Assembly: GCA_045600725.1 (NCBI GenBank)
Contig: JAZRYK010000027.1
Span: 427 to 64,426 of the forward strand
Origin: Lachnospiraceae bacterium
GTDB lineage: Bacteria > Bacillota > Clostridia > Lachnospirales > Lachnospiraceae
Length of the DNA: 64,000 nt
Direction: 5' to 3'
The position numbers and the translations under genes are program-made. Under the pieces are notes generated by a model, which worked only from the letters and a program-made list of their open reading frames with translations, was not told the DNA's origin and searched no databases. This document shows, in pieces, positions 1 through 9,400 of this stretch. The first letter of the stretch is position 1; every line of letters starts with the position of its first letter.

Positions 1-1
1 G

Positions 2-1426
2 CTTTTAATTACCATGGCGGGATTTTTGATTATGTCCTTTCTGCTTCAGATATTCAGGTTCAATTTATTTAAGGAAAGCGAGCTTGTAAGACGCTATTTT
101 TGGTATGCATATTATATCCCCTTTAGCATGGTACCCTGCCTGTTTGTGTATGTTGCTTTATTTTTAAACAAACAAAAGGACGAAAAACCCCACAGAGCCT
201 GGCTTCTTTTATTGGTCCCGGCAGTGTTTTTTATCGTTTTTGTAATGACAAACGATCTTCATCAGAAATTTTTTATTTTTGAAGACCTTTGGTCCGGTCA
301 AAACAACAGCTACAGTCATGGCATTTGGTATTATATTTTTTACGGCTGGCTTGTTTTGGAAATTTTCGCAGCGCTGTATATCACCATATTAAAATGCCGA
401 ATTCCAAGCGTCAGGAAGAAGCTTTGGATGCCTTTGTATTTTGCTTCCTACGGTCTTCTTACAATATGCAGTCTGTTTGATTTTCCCAAAATCGGAGGGG
501 TAACCATCTGGCTTTTGATGGAATACTTTACCATGATGTCAATCGGAATTGTTGAGTCATGTATTCTTCTTGGACTGATTCCCGCAAACAGCAGCTATCA
601 GACTATTTTCCGTCTTTCAAATAAGCCTATTGCCGTGCATGATTCAGCAGGCAATATTGTTTATTATCCCGATGCCGCAAAGGAGATGTTCCGAAGAAAG
701 GAAACAATTCAGCTGCATACAAAAAATATTCAGGGCGGAAGCGTTTCCTGGGCAGTTGATTTGTCTGAAATCCTGGAATTAAATAAAGAAATCGAAAAAG
801 TGACAGAGAGCATAGAAAGCAGAAATGAATATCTTCGAACGGAAAATGCTCTAAAGGAAGAACAATCAAAGCTGGCTGCCAGAAATATGCTCTATAACAG
901 AATAACAAATATAATAAGTCCGCAGCTTGAAGGAATACAAAAGCTTCTTCAGGGAACGGACGAAGAAATAGATCGTAATCTTCCCAAAATTGTTGTTCTT
1001 AACACTTATATCAAAAGACGAAGCAACTTAGAACTTCTTAAAGCAGATAAATCTTGGTTTTCCCTTGGAGAACTGGCTGCGGCCATCAGAGAATCCTGTG
1101 AATATTTAAAGCTGTGCGGAGTACATGCTTTGTTAAATTCGGCGCCGGATTGCGCTCTTTTTGCGGATTTGCAAATCCTTGCTTACGAAACCTTTGAAGC
1201 TTTGCTTGAAAAATGTCTTGATGCGCTTAAGTTTATTCTTGTCAATATTTCAATGGATGATTCACGGATGATTATGCGTATTGCGCTCAATATATCTGAA
1301 CCTATGGCCGAGGATATATGTAAATCTCTTATGCAGGATAATGAAAATCTGAAAATAGTATCGGAAACAGAAGATGATGAAACCACTGTTACCATATGCT
1401 TCAGGGAAGGGGGAGAAAATGCTTAA
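2..1426 (+). CDS. membrane sensor-like protein, 5' partial; histidine-kinase-like C-terminal half that appears degenerate
   Basis: The frame is open to the window edge (no stop in codons 2-13). There are at least six hydrophobic helices in the first ~190 aa, then a coiled-coil (LNKEIEKVTESIESRNEYLRTENALKEEQSKL). The segment ARNMLYNRITNII resembles a LytS/YesM-type PHFLYNxL H-box but lacks the His. I saw no clear N/G ATP-lid motifs. The stop overlaps the next start (ATGCTTAA). Confidence 0.5.
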   Translation, partial: LLITMAGFLIMSFLLQIFRFNLFKESELVRRYFWYAYYIPFSMVPCLFVYVALFLNKQKDEKPHRAWLLLLVPAVFFIVFVMTNDLHQKFFIFEDLWSGQNNSYSHGIWYYIFYGWLVLEIFAALYITILKCRIPSVRKKLWMPLYFASYGLLTICSLFDFPKIGGVTIWLLMEYFTMMSIGIVESCILLGLIPANSSYQTIFRLSNKPIAVHDSAGNIVYYPDAAKEMFRRKETIQLHTKNIQGGSVSWAVDLSEILELNKEIEKVTESIESRNEYLRTENALKEEQSKLAARNMLYNRITNIISPQLEGIQKLLQGTDEEIDRNLPKIVVLNTYIKRRSNLELLKADKSWFSLGELAAAIRESCEYLKLCGVHALLNSAPDCALFADLQILAYETFEALLEKCLDALKFILVNISMDDSRMIMRIALNISEPMAEDICKSLMQDNENLKIVSETEDDETTVTICFREGGENA

Positions 1427-2711
1427 ATCTCTTAATACTCTTCCCGATCATGCCATTGGTTTTATTTGCTGCTGGCAGTTGTTACTGCTTTGTGCTTCCG
1501 TCTGGATTATGATTGTGGGAATGCGTGAAAGGCGCAGAATGAATCCTGTATTGAGAAATATATTTTTTGTTCTTCTTTTAGGAGCAAATTATTTTCTGTT
1601 TCAATGCACGGCATCCTATATTTCTCACAGCATGGTTTTTGATGAAACCATTCGTTTTGTGGAAAATTTTGCAAAGATTAAAATATGGCTTTTGATAGTG
1701 ATATGTGTTGTTCTGACCGTAATTGAAGTGTGGATACTGATTTTTGTCAATCATTGGTATAATACACATATATCATCAGCTTCCATTAAAGAGATTATCG
1801 AAACCCTTCCTGTGGGAATTTGTGCATATGAAAAAAGCGGAAAGGTTACCTTAAAAAACAGCACCATGGAGCAGATATGCCGCCACCTTTCAGGCACCGC
1901 ACTTCTGAACGGCAATGAGTTTATGCAGCTTCTTAAGGAGAATAAATCGAATTTGGCGGATTTTGCGGTAGAACTTAAGGATTATGGTATATGGTCCTTT
2001 ACTAATGAGGAGCTTCGGGATAAGAATAATATCTTCCATATGCTGATTGCTTACAATGTAACGGAAGCATATGAAAAAACAAGAATGCTTCACGAAAAGC
2101 AGAAGACGGTGCAGGAATTAAATGTAAAGCTCACAGAGTATAACCGGCGTGTTAAATCTGTGATTACGGCGCAGGAGATTTTAAATGCAAAAATTCGTAT
2201 TCATGACGAATTAGGCGAAGGGCTTTTGGCAATTAAGAGATATATCACAGTGGGCGGCACGGAAAAAGAACGTATTGATATGCTTGAGAGGCTTCAAAAA
2301 AATGTTCTTTTTCTTCAGCAGGATTCCGTAAAAGCTGCGGGAGATGAATATGCATTGATGTTAACGACAGCAAATAATCTGGGCGTAAAGGTAATGCTTG
2401 AGGGAGAACTTCCCAAGCAGGAGCCCGCCAAGCACATAATTGCAACAGCTATACATGAATGCTTCACCAATATTTTAAGGCATACGGACGGCGATACATT
2501 GTTTGTTTCGGCTCACGAAACGGCTGATTCGCAGATTGTTGTTTTTACAGACAACAATTCAAGATCTATACAAAATATTTCCGAAAAAGGCGGTCTTGGT
2601 TCGTTACGGGCGCTTACCGAGCAGACAAAGGGAACAATGCAGATTTTGAGTGAGCCCGGGTTTAAGCTTATAATTACGCTTCCAAAGGAGTATGAAGGAT
2701 ATGGCTTATAA
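1419..2711 (+). CDS. sensor histidine kinase (HisKA_3 / NarL-partner type)
   Basis: A purine-rich RBS (GGAAGGGGGAG) lies just upstream of ATG 1419. Three N-terminal TM helices are followed by a PAS-like segment (IIETLPVGICAYEKSGKVTLKN). Kinase motifs are the H-box IHDELGEGLLAIKRY, N-box HECFTNILRH and G-box GGLGSLR. The 3' end overlaps the response regulator start. Confidence 0.8.
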   Translation: MLKSLNTLPDHAIGFICCWQLLLLCASVWIMIVGMRERRRMNPVLRNIFFVLLLGANYFLFQCTASYISHSMVFDETIRFVENFAKIKIWLLIVICVVLTVIEVWILIFVNHWYNTHISSASIKEIIETLPVGICAYEKSGKVTLKNSTMEQICRHLSGTALLNGNEFMQLLKENKSNLADFAVELKDYGIWSFTNEELRDKNNIFHMLIAYNVTEAYEKTRMLHEKQKTVQELNVKLTEYNRRVKSVITAQEILNAKIRIHDELGEGLLAIKRYITVGGTEKERIDMLERLQKNVLFLQQDSVKAAGDEYALMLTTANNLGVKVMLEGELPKQEPAKHIIATAIHECFTNILRHTDGDTLFVSAHETADSQIVVFTDNNSRSIQNISEKGGLGSLRALTEQTKGTMQILSEPGFKLIITLPKEYEGYGL

Positions 2712-3327
2712 AGTTTTAATTGTAGATGATCAGACGCTGCCGAGGCAGTATTTTGAGAGTATAGTAAATCATTCCGAGCAGTATAGTATAGCTGCTTCGA
2801 TTTCTTCTGCTAAAATGGCATATGCTTACTGTGCAAAGGGCGGAGTGGATTTAATTATAATGGACATCATGATGTCAGATGATGTAAACGGGCTGGAGGC
2901 AGCTTACAAAATCAAGCAAAGCTTTCCAAAAATAAAAATACTTGCAGTAACCTCAATGCCTGATGAAACCTTTTTAACAAAGGCTAAGGAAGCCGGTGTT
3001 GATTCATTTTGGTATAAAGAGGTTCAGGATGCCCCGATGTTAGAAGTGATGGACCGTACAATGGCCGGAGAAACAATATGGCCTGACAAGGCGCCTACTG
3101 TTCCTCTTGGGTTATGTGACAGTTCGGAGCTGACAAACAGGGAGTTAGATGTGCTGGGATATCTTGCAATGGGTTACGGAAATCAGGAAATAGCGGATGC
3201 ATTAAATGTGAGTGTCAACACGATTCGTTTTCACTTAAGTAACCTGCAGTCAAAAACCGGCTGCCTTTCCCGTACAGAGCTTGCCATTGTTGCTGCAAAA
3301 AGCGGAATTGTGATAACGAGAATATAA
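2701..3327 (+). CDS. LuxR/NarL-family response regulator
   Basis: REC motifs are KVLIVDD, DLIIMDIMMSD and KILAVTS. The C-terminal LuxR HTH is LTNRELDVLGYLAMGYGNQEIADALNVSVNTIRFHLSNLQSKTG. AAGGAG at 2685-2690 fits ATG 2701 (10-nt spacing) better than ATG 2692. Confidence 0.9.
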   Translation: MAYKVLIVDDQTLPRQYFESIVNHSEQYSIAASISSAKMAYAYCAKGGVDLIIMDIMMSDDVNGLEAAYKIKQSFPKIKILAVTSMPDETFLTKAKEAGVDSFWYKEVQDAPMLEVMDRTMAGETIWPDKAPTVPLGLCDSSELTNRELDVLGYLAMGYGNQEIADALNVSVNTIRFHLSNLQSKTGCLSRTELAIVAAKSGIVITRI

Positions 3328-3365
3328 AAAGAATTTCTAAAAAAAATATAAATTTTTTTGCATTT

Positions 3366-3394
3366 CCCCATCATAATTGATGGGGTATTTTTTT
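3366..3394 (+). terminator. intrinsic terminator after the response regulator
   Basis: Perfect 8-bp stem CCCCATCA / TGATGGGG with loop TAAT, followed by TATTTTTTT. Confidence 0.6.
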
Positions 3395-3491
3395 GCTTAA
3401 AACAGTACAATATATTCGGTGTTTTTTTTGCTCCAAAAAATAATTTGATTTATTAATCGAAATAATAACAAAAGAAGGGGTTAGTAAGGGT

Positions 3492-6400
3492 ATGAAAAAA
3501 CTGTTAAAACGAAGTAATCGTGTTTTGGCAATGCTTCTTGCAATCATTATGATTGTAACCTGCGTTCCTATCGATGACATGCATGTGCATGCGGCAGAAC
3601 ACGAACACACCGAGGAAACAGCGCAGGGCCTTTCGGAAGGAACTGCAGAGGAAGAAATCGGTGAACACATCAAAATGGCTGAGTTCCATACATTGGCATG
3701 TATGGAATGCTATGATGATACCTTCGTAGTATGTGAAGAATGCGGAAGATGTCCCGATTGTGCAGAATTTTGTGAATCCTGCATGGAATATTGTAAGGAA
3801 TGTCACCCCGAGCAAGGCGGCAAGGGAGAAGAAAGCCCCTGTGAAAACTGCGGAAACTGTAAAAAGGGCGACAAAGATTACTGTTTGACATGCGGTCAAT
3901 GTGAAGATTGTGTGGAAATTTGTTCACGCTGCGGTGAAGTTTGTGTAGATTGTCATTCAGAGCAGGAATGCAATCATTCAGAAAACGATCCCTGTCCGGA
4001 GTGCGGTCTTTGTAAAGATGACGGAACACCGTTCTGCGGTGAATGCGGTATCTGTGAAGAGTGTGCAATGTGGATATGCGATGAGTGTCAGTGCTGCATG
4101 GAATGCGTGGATCATTGCTCGGAATGTGGCGGATGTATGATTGATTTTTGTCCCGAGGGCGGAGATCATTGTGCTAAATGCTGTGAAGAAAAAGAATGGA
4201 TTTGTGAAGAATGCAACCTCTGCGCAAAAGGAAGAGATCTTGAATTCTGTGAAATATGCGGATTTTGCGAAGAATGCTGCGAATATAATTCCTGCGATGA
4301 ATGTGGAATGTGCGCAGGAGAAGATGGTTTTGAGGAACACCTTTGTGAAGAATGCGGTGCCTGTCTTCTTAGCAATGACGTATGCGACAATTGTGGCCTC
4401 TGTTTAACATGCTGTCGTGAGATAGCCAAGGAAAAAGGCTGTGAATGCGGTGAATACTGCTGGGAAGATCTGACCGAAGATGATTTCTGTATGGAATGCG
4501 GTCTTTGTCTGCACGATGAGAATGTATGCGGCGAATGTGAAACCCGTCATGAGGAATGCTGTAAAGATTTAAGTGATGCTTTAGGATGTGATTGTGATCC
4601 ATATGTCTGCAGTGACTCCCTTGAGTGGGAAGAGCATATGAAAACGGTACACTCTGAACTTGTGGATGACTACCACGAAGGCTGTGTACCTTCCAGTACA
4701 TGGAGCTATGATGGAACATATCATTGGCGTAAATGCCGTCTTTGTGCCGATCCTGAACATATTGCGAATAAGGGCGTTCATACTTTTAATTCTAAGCGTA
4801 CCTGTACGGTATGTGGCTTTGTAAAGCCCTATGATACGATTGAAATTCTTTCTCAGCCCAAGGATGTTCGCGGCAATGTATTTACGATTGACGAAAACGG
4901 TAAGGCTACAGCTGTTAAATATACATTTTCGGTAAAGGCAGTAGGCCCAAATACCGATGAAAAATTAAATTATCAATGGTATATCAGATACACAGGAAAG
5001 GTCACAATTGACAGTAAGTGTGAAGATATGTTCGGTGCAAAAACCGATACATTGGTAACGACTCTTCCGGAGGATGATGCATGTCTTGTTAATTATGGTT
5101 TTTACTGTGTAATAACGGATTCTTCAGGACATTCTGCCGAAAGTGATGTAGCTTATGCGAAGATGTCACATTCATATGTAAATATTACAAAAAGTATGCT
5201 TGGTTCCGGTGAATGGGTAGAAAATACGGATTACACCGGAGCAAAAAAGCATGTAATGAAATGTGTTGGATGTAAGCAGGTTAAGAAGAGCGAACATTTA
5301 TTTACAGCCTGGGATTACAGTAAGATTGATATGGGTGTTCGTACCCGCGTTTGCACAAGTTGTGGATACGAGCACAGCGCAAAATGGCATGATAAGCATG
5401 TTTATGATCATGGAATGTCATTTGCTTCCACAGATACATTTATAGGTCAGTGGGGCGAAAATGTTAAGCTTTCCTATACAACTCCAAGCGGTGAAGTAAA
5501 GCTCCTTGGTTATGATAATACATATCACTGGAGTACCTGTGTAAAGGATGACTGTACAATTGTACATACAGACCGTCATAAATGGGGCATGTTTATTATG
5601 CCCGGAAAGAAGCCTACACCTGAAGGTGGTACCGCAGCTTTGGTTAGAAAATGTGTTGATTGCGGTCAGGACTTTGATTTTGACCGGGAAATGGTATGGA
5701 ATGACCATCTTATTTATGCAAGTAAAGGAGCTGCAAACAAAGCTCTTATTCATGAGGGTGAAGCTTTCCTTGTTACTGCAGATAAAATACCCGGTTATAC
5801 TCCTTCATTATGTAAGGCAAGATTTGTAAACAGTGCAGGAAAGACTGTTGAATTTTTAGATAATAATGGGGAATCGACAACCTTTTTCCCTACCAAGAAG
5901 CAGAAGGATGGAATCAGCTTTTTAGTTACAGTCCCTGTGTCGGAAGAGGGTCATGATTATGGCATCTGTGACATTATGGTTGATATTGTCTACAACAAAG
6001 ACTGTACTCATGAAACAATTGAACTTATTGATGAAAAAGAAGCAACCTGTACCACCGAAGGCTATACAGGAGATACAGTATGTACTGTCTGCGGAAAGAT
6101 TACCCGCGCCGGAAAAACAATCCTTCCCGCCGGTCATGGAGAAGAAGTAGCTGTAACAGAAAGCATTCATAAGCTGATTGATCCTAACGGTGCTTATGTA
6201 CCCGAAAACTGGGCTACAAAAACAGTAACAAAAAGATTTTATGACGAAGAAGGTAATGTAATCGGCACCCGTTGGGAGACATACTACCTGTATGATTTAC
6301 AGGCTCCCACCACAGTTTTCTGTGATAATACGGTAAGAAATGCCGAATCAGTTGCTATATACCCGAGCTATCTTGATATGAAGGAAAGAGGCTGCTACAG

Positions 6401-9400
6401 CGGTGATAAGATTTGTTCAGTCTGCGGAGAAGTTACCACAAAGGGAAAAAGAAGTGCTCCTCTTCATGTTATGCGTCGTTTGGACGATGTACCCGGCAGT
6501 ACACCGACCCCCACTTTCTGGGATCATGTAAGTGAGCTTGGTCTGAAAGGCTACACTGCACCTACCGAAACTACACCGGGATACAGTGGAGATTTAGTTT
6601 GTTTGGGAAGACACGAAGAGTTTGTATATGAACTTGGTCGTATCCTGCCTGAAGGAACCGCTGCCACCATGCACACGATTAATACCCCAAATGTGTATAA
6701 CATTTATGATGATGAATATGTAATCGGAACAAAAGGTTTGGTCGTGCCTTCCGGTTATAAAGGAAACGGCTATGCCGCAAAGGGCATGCCTGTTACACTT
6801 ACAGCTTTTGCAAAAGAAGGTTACGCATTTGTGGAAAACAGCTGGAAGGTATGGAAAGGCACGCCGGAAATACCCGAAAAAGACAGAGAATATATCAAAG
6901 TCAATCGCGGCACGTTTACCATGCCTGATTGCGAGGTAACGGTAATATGCGAATTTGTGTCTACAGATACCGTTATTCATACGGTTGATCTCACCGACTG
7001 GGTTGTGCCCATCGGAAACGGTATCGTGGACCGTGATATAAGTGTTCCGGCATTGGCAAACTATAAAGTAACTAAAGTTGAATATTTCCTCGATTCCAAT
7101 TACGAAAGAATCACAACGGATACATTTACTGTAGCTAACAAGTCATTTGGTATGTTTGTAACTGTTGAAACCATTAACGGTGCATCCTTTGACGAGGATG
7201 TTAAGGTTACACTGAACGGATCAAGAGAATACATAGCATTAGATGATATTTTAAATCATGAGGATGAAGACGAGATTACTCAGATAAGAGTACGATCAGA
7301 GCTCTTTAGTTTTACAGATGACGACTTAAAAACAAAGCCTATTAATGATATTAAGGTTTTAAATCTTGATCCGATTGAAGCCGGTAAGGAAGTGGATTTT
7401 GATTTTGTTCTTCGAACAGATCGTGAAGAGGATGCGGTTGTTGACCCGTATATTTACTGGTCAGTCAATGACAGCTGGGGCTATGTGTACGATGCAGAAG
7501 AAGTTGAGAAGGGACATATTGCCCACGAGGCTTATGAATACACATCACGAATTGTTATTCCTGCCGCAGATGGATATACATTCCCTAAGGACGAAACCGG
7601 TATTTATACCGGAAATGTATCGGTTCCCGGGCATCAGGTAGTAGTAGCATTTGTATGGTCGGATGCTGATGAAAACACTCCCCAGGAGTTATACATTGAC
7701 CTTAAAACGGTTAAGCTTCCGGTAGGAGAAGTTACAATTGATAAAGTATGCTCCTTTACTCCCGATAGTAAAGTAAGCACAATGGCTCATGCATCAGGTA
7801 ACTATGTATGGAGTGAAAGCATGTCATGGTACGATGTGACTGCTAAGAAGCCATTGTTTAGTGGAGACACATTTATAAAGGGACATGAGGTATATGCTGT
7901 TTTCAACGTAAGACTTTCGAAACAAAATGTATTTGCATGTCACTGGGATTCAAAGCTTAAAGACTATGTATACGACGGTGAAGTGCATCTCCCCGCAGGT
8001 ATGCAGGTTGACAAGGCTTATGTTAATAATGATAATTCCACCGGTCCTGAGCTTATTATTTTTACGATGAATATTAAAATCGGTGATGTATTCGGTTTGT
8101 GGATGGAGAAGATTCCTACTCAGATATATACAGGCAAGGCAATTAAGCCCGAACCTGCGGTATACGACGGTGATACTCTTCTTAAAAAGAATACAGATTA
8201 CACATTAAGCTACAAAAACAATACTAAAGCAGGCTATGCAACAATTACTGTTAAGGGTAAGGGTAATTATTCGGGAACACTGAGTGATAATTTCTATATC
8301 AAGTGGGCAAATATAACGAGTGCTCAGTATCCTAAGACAATTTATGTAACGGAAAGCTCAAAGGCTATCAAAATTAATCCCACAGTTACCTTCGCGGGAA
8401 AGAAATTGAAATTGGGAACCGATTATATTATTGAGCCTGCAAAAATAACAAAGAGCTGCAAAGTTACAATCAGCGGATATCTTGGTTCAAACAATTTAAA
8501 GAGCAATTTAAGCGGCTCAGATACAATCGATGTTATTGTTGTTCCTGCGGGAAAAATGATTAACAAGGCAGAGATTTCAATAAAGAAGTCATTTAAACCG
8601 ACCTATACAGGTTCCTTGATTACTCTTGGGGAAAATGATATTACCGTTAAAATCGGCAAGAAGACTCTTGTTTACGGTAAGGATTATACACTGGATTACT
8701 ACAACAATTTAGAAATCGGTAAAGCTACCGTTACAGTTAAGGGTATCGGTGAATATCAGGGTGAGAAAAAAGCATCATTCACCATTACGGGAAAGAGCAT
8801 CAAAAATGCAACCGTAAACGGAGTTCAGAACAAGTATTACACAGGCTATGAGGTTCAGCATCCTATATCGGTATTTATGGGATCTGAAGAGCTTATTCGT
8901 GGAGAAGATTACTCGGTTGTTTATGAGAAGAATATTAATGTCGGAACCGCAAAGGTTAAGATTATCGGTAAGGGTCAGTACAGCGGTACAATTACAAAGC
9001 AGTATAAGATTTTACCTGCAAATCTCACAAACAGTGATGTGACAACTGTTGAAGTTGCAAATCCTGTATACTACGAGAAAGCAGGAGCGAAGCCGGTCGT
9101 TGTTGTTAAGACGGTGGATGAAAGAGGAAAGACGGTTACTCTTAAAAAGGGTACCGATTATACCGTAAGTTATGCTAATTATAAAGCAGTAAATGTTAAG
9201 ACTGACGGTGCATGGACCAATGCTTCCAAGATTCCGACAGCCACTGTAACCTTTAAGGGCAAGTACAAAGGAACAAAGAGCCTTCAGTATGAAATTAATA
9301 AAAAGGATCTGTCCACCTGTCGAATCGTTGTGGCTGATAAGGTTTATGACAAAAAGAGCGGAGCCTACAAGTCTTCGGTAGCTTTGTATGACGGTAGCAC

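Noticed and set aside
3504-4719. Six long overlapping ORFs in other frames or on the antisense strand (3504-3899-, 3670-4068-, 3978-4340-, 4141-4407+, 4166-4429-, 4369-4719-).
   Set aside because: They are by-products of the Cys/Glu/Asp codon monotony (TGY, GAR, GAY). The complements of these codons (RCA, YTC, RTC) contain no stop codons. Their translations are low-complexity, they have no RBS, and all lie fully inside the strongly supported 2116-aa frame.
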